Shown here in pieces: positions 8,880-18,557 of a stretch of 64,000 nt of DNA. Both the position numbers and the translations under genes were made by a program. The notes below the pieces were generated by a model. That model was not told where the DNA came from, searched no databases, and was given only the letters and a program-made list of their open reading frames with translations. Position 1 is the first letter of the stretch, and every line of letters begins with the position of its first letter. The stretch is taken from the NCBI GenBank assembly GCA_947041315.1, contig CAMRDW010000001.1, positions 840 through 64,839 on the forward strand, read 5' to 3'. The DNA comes from an uncultured Enterovibrio sp. (GTDB taxonomy: Bacteria; Pseudomonadota; Gammaproteobacteria; Enterobacterales; Vibrionaceae).

Positions 8880-9461
8880 CTAGCTCATCAGGCGAGATGC
8901 CTGTTTGTCAAGTGAATATATCCAGCGAGTGCATTTTACACTGCCTTTTTTAAAATCTTTTTCTTCTTTGATTTTAAAACCCGCTTTATCCAAAGACTGC
9001 TTAAATGCATCTTTGGCCTCGCTGCCATTAGGCAGGCCACCGTCTTTTACGACGATAAGTTGGCCACTCGACTTAAGGATCCGATGAATTTCTTTTAGGC
9101 CTAGTGCTTGATTGTGCCAATGATCAAAGGAGTCAAAAGCAAATACAAAGTCAGCTGTATCATTTTCAATTGGTATCTCTTCAGCTGAACCTTCATGGAA
9201 TTCAATACGTCCTGTCGATGGATGGTCAGCTGTTTGCTCTATAGCAATCTCAACCATGCGAGGTACTGGATCGATGCCTATCAAGGTGCCGCTTGTTACT
9301 TGATCAGAAGCATACCTTAGAGCGCAGCCTGTACCACAACCAATATCGACGACTGTTGCGTTTTCAAAAAGCGTTAATGCTTCGAGTCCAAGCTCATTTG
9401 TGTCGTAATTTCCGTATTTCTCTGCATACCACTCTGCAGTTTCGGTATCCCATTGACTCAT
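8880..9461 (-). CDS. Class I SAM-dependent methyltransferase
   Basis: VVDIGCGTG, GIDP, GSAEEIP..DTAD, RILKSSG motifs; AGGAG RBS. Confidence 0.9.
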   Translation of the reverse strand: MSQWDTETAEWYAEKYGNYDTNELGLEALTLFENATVVDIGCGTGCALRYASDQVTSGTLIGIDPVPRMVEIAIEQTADHPSTGRIEFHEGSAEEIPIENDTADFVFAFDSFDHWHNQALGLKEIHRILKSSGQLIVVKDGGLPNGSEAKDAFKQSLDKAGFKIKEEKDFKKGSVKCTRWIYSLDKQASRLMS

Positions 9462-9476
9462 TAACGACTCCTGTGG

Positions 9477-9545
9477 GCATAACGCCTATGTTGATAGCTG
9501 TAAAAGTTGAGCGCTATAAAATGGAAAGCTATAAAAAATGCTGGC
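9477..9545 (-). other. Possible right half of an integron attC site with core site GTTATGC
   Basis: Minus strand ...gcgctcaacttttacagctatcaacataggcGTTATGC-ccacAGGAGtcgttaATG; left half absent, an ERIC starts at 9546. Confidence 0.45.
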
Positions 9546-9673
9546 TATACCCGTCGCCTTTGACGCAGGCTGGGTGTTTACTGTGCGTTTCGACCCGAAC
9601 AGATTGCGCCTCTATATGCGCAAGGGTTCATTCGCTTAGGTGTTCAGATGCAAGGTCAGGCTTTTTGGGTCTT
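9546..9673 (+). repeat. ERIC-like MITE, diverged
   Basis: TATACCCGTCGCCTTTGACG...ctttttgggtctt. Confidence 0.8.
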
Positions 9674-9999
9674 CGCCGATTTTTTTTCGTTGAAGAAAAC
9701 AAAGCTGAAAAATCAAGCTTGCACTGGGGTAATCAAAAAAAGGGGGCTGACACCCTGATGGCGCCGCGCTTGAGTGTGCCCAGAAAAACCTCCATCAAAG
9801 AGACCGCGGATAGACGTTCCCAATTAATCCCCATTTTTGCGTGCCGAATACCTTTGAAAATCGATTGATACGCATTAATGAGATTTATTTTTGCTCAGAG
9901 CGGACATTCTTCGCTGGGTTTTTATATTAAGGTTGAAAAAAAGAAGCGTGCTAAAGAAGATAGAGCACATTGTAACCGATTATCGAGGATCATATGTAT

Positions 10000-10590
10000 A
10001 TGAAACAAAGTCATTTTTTTGCACATCTTGCCAGAATGAAGCTGATTTATCGCTGGCCATTAATGCGCAGTGTTGCGCCTGAAAATATTTCAGAGCACAG
10101 CCTTCAAGTTGCTTTTGTCGCGCATGCTTTGGCCCTGATTGAAAATAAGAAATTTGAAGGACATTTTTCACCTGAGCGCATTGCTCTATTGGGGATGTTT
10201 CATGATTGTACCGAGGTTTTGACGGGGGACTTGCCAACGCCTATAAAATACTACAATCCGGAGATTGCGAATGAATATAAGAAAATAGAAAAAATCGCAC
10301 AAGGTAAATTGATAAGCATGTTACCGAAAGAATTTCATGAAGATTATCGGCCCTTGATGGACAGCTTGGTGATAGACAAGAATGAATACCGATTGGTAAA
10401 ACAAGCCGATGACATATGCGCCTATCTAAAATGTCTTGAGGAGTTGTCTGCAGGAAATCATGAATTTGAACAGCCAAAACGCCGACTTGAAAATTTACTC
10501 GAACAAAACGCAACCCTTGCGACCCAGTATTTCTTGCAAACCTTTGGGGACAGTTTTGAATTAACCTTGGATGAAATCAGCGATGATTGA
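10000..10590 (+). CDS. yfbR: 5'-deoxynucleotidase, HD family
   Basis: [32 protein letters not shown] motif (MFHD), [13 protein letters not shown]. Confidence 0.95.
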   Translation: MKQSHFFAHLARMKLIYRWPLMRSVAPENISEHSLQVAFVAHALALIENKKFEGHFSPERIALLGMFHDCTEVLTGDLPTPIKYYNPEIANEYKKIEKIAQGKLISMLPKEFHEDYRPLMDSLVIDKNEYRLVKQADDICAYLKCLEELSAGNHEFEQPKRRLENLLEQNATLATQYFLQTFGDSFELTLDEISDD

Positions 10591-10638
10591 TTTTTATGGG
10601 AAGAACCTTCTAAAAAAGTCCCCAATCAGACTTCAAAA

Positions 10639-11208
10639 ATGAAGGAAAAAATCAATATTGCCTGTTCGCATTTTCCTTTTCGCGTTATGGGTCTGCTCAT
10701 TTTGTTGCTTTGCATTGCACAACTCCCTTTTGTTCATGATCTTTTTGCTTGGGATCGGGCTTTGATTCAATCGGGTCAAGCTTGGCGTGTCTTTACTGGC
10801 AATCTTACGCACACTAATTTTTTACATTTGGCAATGAATGTTTCAGGCTTGGTACTTTTAGCTTGGTTTCATCATTCTTACTATAAGGCAGGCTCTTTCG
10901 TGTTCATGGTGTGGATCATGATGAGCGTGATTGGGCTTGCTATGTTTTTCACGACGTTTGATTGGTATGTCGGTTTTTCTGGGGTTTTGCATGGTCTTTT
11001 TGTCTGGGGGGTGATCAAAGACATTCAAAATAAAATCCCGCTTGGTTGGGTACTTTTATGCGTGATATTTTTAAAATTGATGCTGGATGTGCAAAATGCC
11101 ACTGATGGAACGACAGCCCAATTGATTGATGCCAATGTGGCTTATCAAGCGCATTGGGTTGGGAGCATATTAGGAATGCTCTTTGGGATATTTTCGAAAA
11201 AAACCTGA
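10639..11208 (+). CDS. rrtA: Rhombosortase (GlyGly-CTERM-processing rhomboid protease)
   Basis: WRVFTGNLTHTNFLHLAMN, YVGFSGVLHG, AHWVG; start uncertain. Confidence 0.85.
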   Translation: MKEKINIACSHFPFRVMGLLILLLCIAQLPFVHDLFAWDRALIQSGQAWRVFTGNLTHTNFLHLAMNVSGLVLLAWFHHSYYKAGSFVFMVWIMMSVIGLAMFFTTFDWYVGFSGVLHGLFVWGVIKDIQNKIPLGWVLLCVIFLKLMLDVQNATDGTTAQLIDANVAYQAHWVGSILGMLFGIFSKKT

Positions 11209-11225
11209 CGGGATCAGGTTTTTTT
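11197..11225. terminator. Bidirectional intrinsic terminator
   Basis: AAAAAAACCTGA-CGGGA-TCAGGTTTTTTT between convergent rhombosortase and alaA. Confidence 0.8.
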
Positions 11226-11251
11226 CATTTTTGAGGGTGAAGTGCATCCAC

Positions 11252-12466
11252 TTATTGGCGGTAGCTGGATAAAAATCGTTCAAGACGGCCTATCGCGGTT
11301 TCTAAATCATCGACTCTGGGTAAGGTGACAATCCGAAAGTGATCCGGTTTTGGCCAATTAAAACCCGTACCGTGCACCAGCAAGACTTTTTCTTGCAATA
11401 AAAAATCGAGCATCATTTTTTCGTCATCAACAATCTTGTATTTTTTTGTGTCGATTTTAGGGAAAAGATACAAGGCGCCTTTTGGTTTAACGCAGCTTAT
11501 CCCTGGAATTTGATTTAAGAGTTCCCAGGCTTTATTGCGTTGCTCCAGTAAACGTCCGCCGGGTAAAATCAGTTCATTGATGCTTTGATATCCGCCCAGT
11601 GCTGTTTGAATGGCGTGTTGCATAGGAACATTTGCACATAAACGCATAGAAGAGAGCATCTCTAAACCGGCGATATAGCCCTTTGCTTCGTGAAGCGGAC
11701 CCGACAAAATCATCCATCCTGAGCGAAATCCACACACGCGATAAGATTTTGACAATCCACTGAAGGTCACGCAAAAGACATCAGGGGCCAGAGGGGCGAT
11801 AGGATGGTGTTGTGCGCCGTCGTAAAGGATCTTGTCATAGATTTCGTCTGAAAAAATGATGATTTTATGTTGTCGTGCAATTTCTGCAATCTCTAAAAGA
11901 AAATCGCGGCTGTAGACGGCCCCTGTTGGATTGTTCGGATTGATGAGGACAATCCCTTTGGTTTTCGAGGTGATTTTCGATTTAATGTCGTTTAAGTCAG
12001 GATACCAATCGGCTTCTTCATCACAAATGTAATGCACGGGCTGACCGCCTGATAAGGAAACCGCAGCGGTCCATAATGGGTAATCGGGAGAGGGGACCAA
12101 GAGTTCGTCACCGCTGTTAAGCAGCGCCTGCATGGCCATGACAATCAGCTCGGAAACCCCGTTACCTAAGTAAATATTTTCAACATCTAAATCTAACATG
12201 CCACGTTTTTGGTAATGCTGAACCACGGCTTTTCGTGCCGAATAGATGCCTTTTGAGTCGCAATAGCCTTGAGATGTTGGAAGATGACGGATCACATCCA
12301 CCAATATCTCATCTGGGGCATCAAAACCAAATGAAGCTGGATTTCCAATGTTTAGCTTTAAGATTTTGTGTCCTTCTTCTTCTAAACGTTTGGCTTCCTT
12401 CATCACAGGACCCCGTATGTCGTAGCATACGTTATCCAGTTTTTTTGACATTTTGAATTCGTGCAT
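11252..12466 (-). CDS. alaA: Glutamate-pyruvate aminotransferase AlaA (PLP-dependent, class I)
   Basis: KLDNVCYDIRGPV, KLNIGNPA, INPNNPTGAVY, SDEIYDK, FSGLSKSYR. Confidence 0.93.
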   Translation of the reverse strand: MHEFKMSKKLDNVCYDIRGPVMKEAKRLEEEGHKILKLNIGNPASFGFDAPDEILVDVIRHLPTSQGYCDSKGIYSARKAVVQHYQKRGMLDLDVENIYLGNGVSELIVMAMQALLNSGDELLVPSPDYPLWTAAVSLSGGQPVHYICDEEADWYPDLNDIKSKITSKTKGIVLINPNNPTGAVYSRDFLLEIAEIARQHKIIIFSDEIYDKILYDGAQHHPIAPLAPDVFCVTFSGLSKSYRVCGFRSGWMILSGPLHEAKGYIAGLEMLSSMRLCANVPMQHAIQTALGGYQSINELILPGGRLLEQRNKAWELLNQIPGISCVKPKGALYLFPKIDTKKYKIVDDEKMMLDFLLQEKVLLVHGTGFNWPKPDHFRIVTLPRVDDLETAIGRLERFLSSYRQ

Positions 12467-12835
12467 GATCTTTCCTAGGTTCGATGTAGAATTTTTATGT
12501 AACTTACACGAAGGATACCTTTTCGATAAGTACTTAGTAGAAAGAAATGAAAAAAAGGGCCTTATTCATTGAATCTTAATTTTTTGGTATGAAAGCCTGA
12601 TTTATATAATTTTCATTCTTCTTATATGCCTGTAGAATACTCCCCCTAAGAAACATCTAGCCGAATGTATCAAGATGAATATATAAGTAAGACGATGTTT
12701 TTAATTTTCTTTTTATGACGTCTTGTTTTTTTTTTGTAAAAAGACTGTCTTCGTTGTATAGATCTCTTTCACAAGATCTCAGCGAGGGGAATCCCAGAAT
12801 ATCGGGTAATGCATTGTGATTTTTGAGAGGGTATT

Positions 12836-14173
12836 TTGACCCATTTAGGGCAAGTTGTTGCCAGATTAATCGATGATTTGTCCATCATTTCTCCGCTTCC
12901 ATCTCAGATTTGTGTCAATTTCACATGGCCTTCTCATGTGGAGCCGGTGGCTTGGTTTAATGCTCAGTCTCTTTTTCCTCAGTTTTACTGGCAAACCCGT
13001 GACAGCAATGAAGAAGTGATCGCGCTTGGACAGTGTGCGTCCTTTACTGATCCGACAGAGGCTGAAAATGCCCTTTTGGAAGGGCAACGTATCTGGGGAG
13101 GTTGTGCTTTTGAACCCCACACCCAAAGAGGTGAAGACGAGGTCCCATCGTCGTATTTTTTCCTTCCTCAAATTGAATTGATACGCAAAGGATCGGAATG
13201 GTCATGTGTTGTGAATGTGGGGAAGGGGCGTGCTGATATTCTGACTGCATTGTCTGCGTTATGTTTTTTTGTCCGACCTCTTTATAAACCGGAGTGGCGG
13301 GTGCTTTCAATGGCACATGAGCCGCCCTATTCTCATTGGGAAAAGAGGCTTGAAAAAGCATTAGAAGCGATAAAACACACTGAGTTACAAAAAGTGGTTT
13401 TAGCCCGAAAAACGACCTTGGTTCTGAATGGTTTGGTTTCAGCTGTTCAATTACTGCATGCCAGTATCCATGAGAATCAAGGCAATTTTCATTTTTTATT
13501 GGCAATGGATGAAAAACGCTCTTTTGTAGGATCGTCTCCAGAAAGGCTCTTTTTTCGGCGTCAATTGGGAATGAAAACAGAAGCGCTTGCCGGCACGGTA
13601 GGGCGAGGTGGAACCTTGAATGACGATGTCTCTTTGGCCAACTGGCTTTTAAACGATGAAAAAAACCGCTACGAAAATAAATTGGTTGTGGACGATATTT
13701 TAGATCGCCTCCTTTCTTCTTGCCGTGAAATCCACATCGAAAAAGAGCCCCATCTGGTTCGATTAAGACAAGTACAACATTTAAAAAGAAACATGACCGT
13801 GAGCCTCAAGAGGGGGATTTCAAATGCAAGCTTGCTCAATGTGCTCCACCCTACGGCGGCGGTCGCGGGACGTCCTCGAAAAGCCGCCTTGGCTTTTATT
13901 GCAAAAGAGGAAGGTTTTGATCGAGGTTGGTACAGTGGCACTGTCGGGTATTTAAGCCCTGAGCGCACTGAATTTTGTGTGGCGATAAGAAGCGCGGTGT
14001 TATCAGAAAAAAACATTGCCTTGTATGCCGGTGCTGGCATTGTTCCTGGCTCTCAACCTGAAAATGAATGGAAAGAGCTTAATAGAAAGATTTCTACCCT
14101 TATGAGCTTGCTCAATTCAGGGGATGAGAAAGTGGCATGCACATTAAAACGCAGGGAGAAAATGGCAGGATGA
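12836..14173 (+). CDS. menF: Isochorismate synthase (menaquinone)
   Basis: KVVLARK, GSSPERL, TEALAGT, LHPTAAVAG, RGWYSG, CVAIRSA, YAGAGIV; TTG start with GAGAGG RBS. Confidence 0.9.
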   Translation: MTHLGQVVARLIDDLSIISPLPSQICVNFTWPSHVEPVAWFNAQSLFPQFYWQTRDSNEEVIALGQCASFTDPTEAENALLEGQRIWGGCAFEPHTQRGEDEVPSSYFFLPQIELIRKGSEWSCVVNVGKGRADILTALSALCFFVRPLYKPEWRVLSMAHEPPYSHWEKRLEKALEAIKHTELQKVVLARKTTLVLNGLVSAVQLLHASIHENQGNFHFLLAMDEKRSFVGSSPERLFFRRQLGMKTEALAGTVGRGGTLNDDVSLANWLLNDEKNRYENKLVVDDILDRLLSSCREIHIEKEPHLVRLRQVQHLKRNMTVSLKRGISNASLLNVLHPTAAVAGRPRKAALAFIAKEEGFDRGWYSGTVGYLSPERTEFCVAIRSAVLSEKNIALYAGAGIVPGSQPENEWKELNRKISTLMSLLNSGDEKVACTLKRREKMAG

Positions 14174-15885
14174 AGGTGTCGACGTTAAATCGTATTTGGT
14201 CGCGTCTTATTCTCACGGTTTTGCACCGAAGCGGCATAAAAGACATCTGTATCGCTCCAGGTTCGCGCTCTTCTCCGTTAACTTTAGAAGCGCAACGTTT
14301 ACACCTTCTTGATAATGAAGTGAATTTACACACTCATTTTGATGAGCGAGGATTGGGTTTTCTCGCTTTGGGTTTGGCAAAGACGTCCGCTCGCCCTGTC
14401 ATCGTGATTGTGACCTCCGGTACGGCCGTGGCCAATTTAATGCCCGCTGTTGCAGAAAGCCGATTGACCCGAGAAAAACTCTTTTTGCTGACGGCGGACA
14501 GGCCCATTGAATTGCTGCAATCGGGGGCAAATCAAGCCATCACTCAGCGTCAATTCTTTGGTGAGCATGCGGATGTTTTTTGCGATTTGCCCTCACCGAC
14601 AGAATCCATTTCTCCTGCTTGGTTGCTTTCTCGCATAGATGAAAGTCTCTTTCAACAAGCGAAAACGGGGGGATGCGTCCACATCAATTGCCCTTTTCCT
14701 GAGCCACTTTATGGTGAAATGGAGAAGACAGAGCCTTATCTTTCTTCTGTGGCTTCTTGGTTAGAAGGCGATGATCCTTTTTTGAGCTTCACGCACACAA
14801 AAGCAGATCTCGCGCCTTTTATGGCGCTTTGGGGAGATTTACAAAATAAAAAAGGGCTGCTTCTTGTGGGGAAGGTTTCACAAGAAGAAAGACACGTATT
14901 AGACACCTTGGCATTGCGCTTAGGCTGGCCTATCTTGTGCTGCCCACAAGCGGGCGAAGCCTCTTCTTATGCGGGGTTTGATCTTTGGTTACAAAATGCG
15001 GGCTGCCGTGAACGTTTAGAGCAAGCTGAATGTGTTCTGCAATTTGGGGGGCGTTTGGTTTCAAAAAGGCTTTCGCAGTTTCTTGAACATTTCAACGGGG
15101 ATTTTTTCTTAATCGATCCTCACCCTGGGCGTCTTGACCCACAAAACCATCAAGGCATGCGTTTGCTTGTGAAACCTGAAGAGCTTGCCAAAGCGGCTCT
15201 TGAGGCCCTCTTTCATCCAAAAGAAAAACACTGGGCCATTGAATTGGAAAAGGCGAGTCAGGCTGTTTTTTCTTTGGTGTCCGCTCGATTCAACGAGGAT
15301 GCGCCTATTTCTGAGGTGGCGATGGCGGTGGATTTTTCTCATTGGATTGCCCCTAAAACGGATTTATTTGTAGGCAATAGCCTTGCTATCCGTGTTCTGG
15401 ATATGTTTTGCAGACTGCCAGACAGGGCGGTCTTTGCTAATCGAGGCGCCTCGGGGATTGATGGCCTCATCGCAACGGCGTGCGGTGTGCAACGAGGACG
15501 AAAACACCCGATGATTTGTTTGCTGGGGGACACGAGCGCCTTGTATGATCTCAACAGTCTTTCTCTTTTAAGGCAAAATACCCAGCCTTTTGTTTTGCTG
15601 ATCCTCAACAACGACGGGGGCGGTATTTTTGATCTTCTGCCCATCCCCAAAGAGAATAGAAACGATTTTTACCGTCTGCCTCATGGGCTGCATTTTTCTC
15701 ATGCAGCCGCGATGTTTGGTTTGCGCTATCTGGCGCCAACCTCTTTGTCTGAGGCAAAAACCGCCTGCCTTGATGCACAAGAGCGACCATTCACAACCCT
15801 GATTGAATTGACGATGCCTGCGGGCCTTGCCGCTTTTCAAATTCGCACTCTTTTTGAAGAGATTGCCCATGCGGATCTTCTATGA
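14170..15885 (+). CDS. menD: SEPHCHC synthase
   Basis: CIAPGSRSSPL, HFDERGLGF, TSGTAVANL, ANRGASGIDG, GDTS, NNDGGGIF; ATGA overlap with menF. Confidence 0.95.
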   Translation: MKVSTLNRIWSRLILTVLHRSGIKDICIAPGSRSSPLTLEAQRLHLLDNEVNLHTHFDERGLGFLALGLAKTSARPVIVIVTSGTAVANLMPAVAESRLTREKLFLLTADRPIELLQSGANQAITQRQFFGEHADVFCDLPSPTESISPAWLLSRIDESLFQQAKTGGCVHINCPFPEPLYGEMEKTEPYLSSVASWLEGDDPFLSFTHTKADLAPFMALWGDLQNKKGLLLVGKVSQEERHVLDTLALRLGWPILCCPQAGEASSYAGFDLWLQNAGCRERLEQAECVLQFGGRLVSKRLSQFLEHFNGDFFLIDPHPGRLDPQNHQGMRLLVKPEELAKAALEALFHPKEKHWAIELEKASQAVFSLVSARFNEDAPISEVAMAVDFSHWIAPKTDLFVGNSLAIRVLDMFCRLPDRAVFANRGASGIDGLIATACGVQRGRKHPMICLLGDTSALYDLNSLSLLRQNTQPFVLLILNNDGGGIFDLLPIPKENRNDFYRLPHGLHFSHAAAMFGLRYLAPTSLSEAKTACLDAQERPFTTLIELTMPAGLAAFQIRTLFEEIAHADLL

Positions 15886-16751
15886 GTCCGCGCCTCAACC
15901 CTCTATTGGCGGCCGATTTAACGGGGCAGGGTAAACCGCAAGCCATCGTTTTTGTACATGGTTTTTTGGGGAGCTCTGGAGATTGGTTTCCGCTTGTTCA
16001 GCGCTTTAAAAAAGATTTTCAATGTGTGACGGTGGATCTTCCAGGACACGGTAAAAGCCGAAATCTTGAAGTGAAAAACATGGAAGAGACCGTTGAACAT
16101 CTTATTCAAACGGTGTTTGAGCATGTGTCCGTTCCATTTTGGCTGGTGGGTTATTCACTGGGTGCCAGGGTGTGCATGTTGCTTTGTGCAAAAAGGTCCC
16201 AGGTTTTTAAAGATAAGCCCTGTCAATTACGCGGTCTGATGATTGAAAGTGGGCATCCTGGCTTGTTGCACCCTGAAAAAAAAATGCGCAAAGCAAACGA
16301 CGAAGCTTGGGCCTGTCGTTTTGAAGAAGAGCCTTTGCGTGATGTGCTTGATGATTGGTATAGTCAAGCGGTATTCTCCTCTTTAAATGATCTTCAAAAA
16401 CAAAATGTTATATCAAAAAGAAGCCAAAATAACGCCGGCTCTTCTTTGGCAAAGATGTTGCGTGCGACCTCTTTGTCAACCCAAGCTTGTTTGGCCCTTG
16501 AACTTGAAAAAAGTGAGATTCCTTTTTATTACTTGTGTGGTGAGAAGGATTTGAAATTTTCCCAAATAGGACGTGCTTTAAAATGCCCTTTTTACGGCGT
16601 AAAGCAGGCAGGGCATAATGCACATCATGAGCAACCTGAACGTTTCAGTCTTGCCATGAAAAAAATAATAACAAATTCTAACAAAGGAATTCAGCGTGGC
16701 AAGAACCGTCGGACTTACAGAAGAAGAGTTGTACGCACCGCTCTCGTTTGA
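15882..16751 (+). CDS. menH: SHCHC synthase (alpha/beta hydrolase)
   Basis: [13 protein letters not shown] nucleophile elbow, GHNAH; C-terminus overlaps menB by 56 nt. Confidence 0.9.
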   Translation: MSPRLNPLLAADLTGQGKPQAIVFVHGFLGSSGDWFPLVQRFKKDFQCVTVDLPGHGKSRNLEVKNMEETVEHLIQTVFEHVSVPFWLVGYSLGARVCMLLCAKRSQVFKDKPCQLRGLMIESGHPGLLHPEKKMRKANDEAWACRFEEEPLRDVLDDWYSQAVFSSLNDLQKQNVISKRSQNNAGSSLAKMLRATSLSTQACLALELEKSEIPFYYLCGEKDLKFSQIGRALKCPFYGVKQAGHNAHHEQPERFSLAMKKIITNSNKGIQRGKNRRTYRRRVVRTALV

Positions 16752-17562
16752 AAATAAAACAGAAGATTATCAAGATATTTTGTACCACAAATCCCAAGAA
16801 GGGATTGCCAAAATCACCATCAACCGACCCACGGTGCGAAATGCATTTCGTCCTCAAACCATCAAGGAAATGATGCATGCATTGTCAGACGCTCGCTATG
16901 ATGGAAATATCGGGGTTATTATTTTAACGGGATTGGGTGAGGATGCATTTTGTTCTGGTGGTGATCAACGCGTGCGTGGAGATTATGGCGGCTACAAAGA
17001 TGAAGAGGGCACGCATCATTTGAATGTGCTCGATTTTCAACGTCAAATTCGCACCTGCCCAAAACCGGTGATTGCCTCTGTGGCAGGTTACGCGGTCGGA
17101 GGGGGGCACGTGCTTCATATGATGTGTGATTTAACCATTGCTGCAGAAAATGCACAATTTGGTCAAACAGGCCCAAAAGTCGGATCTTTTGATGGTGGCT
17201 GGGGCGCATCTTATATGGCACGGATTGTTGGACAGAAAAAAGCACGAGAAATATGGTTTTTATGTCGTTTCTATAATGCACAAGAAGCGTTAGACATGGG
17301 GCTTGTGAACCATGTTGTGCCTTATGTTGAACTCGAACGTGAAACCGTGCGTTGGTGTCGCGAAGTTTTACAACACAGTCCGATGTCACTACGTTGTTTA
17401 AAAGCCGCACTGAATGCAGATTGTGATGGACAGGCCGGATTGCAAGAATTAGCAGGGAATGCCACGATGCTCTTTTATATGACAGAAGAAGGGCAAGAAG
17501 GACGAAATGCTTTTAATGAACGCCGTAAACCTGATTTTGATAAATTCCCACGAAATCCGTAA
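16696..17562 (+). CDS. menB: 1,4-dihydroxy-2-naphthoyl-CoA synthase
   Basis: [31 protein letters not shown]; GTG start. Confidence 0.97.
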   Translation: MARTVGLTEEELYAPLSFENKTEDYQDILYHKSQEGIAKITINRPTVRNAFRPQTIKEMMHALSDARYDGNIGVIILTGLGEDAFCSGGDQRVRGDYGGYKDEEGTHHLNVLDFQRQIRTCPKPVIASVAGYAVGGGHVLHMMCDLTIAAENAQFGQTGPKVGSFDGGWGASYMARIVGQKKAREIWFLCRFYNAQEALDMGLVNHVVPYVELERETVRWCREVLQHSPMSLRCLKAALNADCDGQAGLQELAGNATMLFYMTEEGQEGRNAFNERRKPDFDKFPRNP

Positions 17563-17573
17563 ACGAGGTTCTT

Positions 17574-18557
17574 ATGAAAACAGCCACACTTTTCCGTTAT
17601 GTTTTGCCTATGGACAGTGGGGTCATATTGCGCCATACCCGTCTGTCTGTTCGCAATGGGATGATTCTTGAATTACATGAAGCGGGACGTGTTGGGCGAG
17701 GTGAAATCGCCCCCTTGCCTGAATTTAGTCAAGAAACAGACGAAGAGGCACAGGTGCAGGCCATCGCGGTCTTAACCTCATGGTTAAACGAGGAGCCGAT
17801 TGATTGGGACACCCTTTATCCTTCTGTGGCTTTTGGCATTTCGGTCGCGCTGGCTGAATTGAATGAGGTCCTTCCTGTCGCCGGACATTACGCGGTGGCC
17901 CCTTTGTGTTCGGGCGATCCCGATGAATTGCTTCAAAAACTCGCACAGATGCAAAGCCCTAAAACGGCAAAAGTGAAAGTGGGGATGTACGAAGCCGTTC
18001 GTGATGGCATGGTGGTGAACATGCTTTTAGATGTGGTGCCTGATTTGCGCTTGCGTCTGGACGCCAATAGAAAATGGACTCTTGAAAAAGCAGGGCAATT
18101 TGTTAAATACATTAACCCGACATACCGCTCTCGTATTGCTTTTTTAGAAGAGCCATGCCAGACGCCCGCTGAAAGTGTGGCATTTGCTTTAGACACAGGT
18201 ATTCAGATTGCTTGGGATGAAAGCTTATGTGAGAAAGGGTTCGAGCTTAAAAAAGATGAAAATGTGGCGGCCATCGTGATAAAGCCGACCTTGATAGGCT
18301 CTCTTGAGACGGTTCAGTTTTGGGTAGAAAAAGCCCATGAATTAGGGATTGAGGCGGTCATCAGCTCATCTTTAGAGTCCAGTTTTGGACTCAATCAGCT
18401 CGCACGTATTGCGCATTGGTTAGCGCCTAAAACGCTTCCAGGTCTTGATACGGTCACTCTTTTTACGCAACAATTAGAGACGCCTTGGCCTGAATGTCCC
18501 CTTCCTTTAATCCCTCTTTCTGATTGCGAAATAGTATGGACTCAATGCGCGCCTTAG
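17574..18557 (+). CDS. menC: o-succinylbenzoate synthase
   Basis: AKVKVG, LRLDANR, FLEEP, AWDES, KPTL, ISSSLESSFG. Confidence 0.93.
   Translation: MKTATLFRYVLPMDSGVILRHTRLSVRNGMILELHEAGRVGRGEIAPLPEFSQETDEEAQVQAIAVLTSWLNEEPIDWDTLYPSVAFGISVALAELNEVLPVAGHYAVAPLCSGDPDELLQKLAQMQSPKTAKVKVGMYEAVRDGMVVNMLLDVVPDLRLRLDANRKWTLEKAGQFVKYINPTYRSRIAFLEEPCQTPAESVAFALDTGIQIAWDESLCEKGFELKKDENVAAIVIKPTLIGSLETVQFWVEKAHELGIEAVISSSLESSFGLNQLARIAHWLAPKTLPGLDTVTLFTQQLETPWPECPLPLIPLSDCEIVWTQCAP

Noticed and set aside
9733-9834. 33-codon minus-strand ORF (MGINWERLSAV...) in a GC-richer patch
   Set aside because: No RBS, no recognisable family, and no match to sRNA or tmRNA/SRP/6S sequences I know
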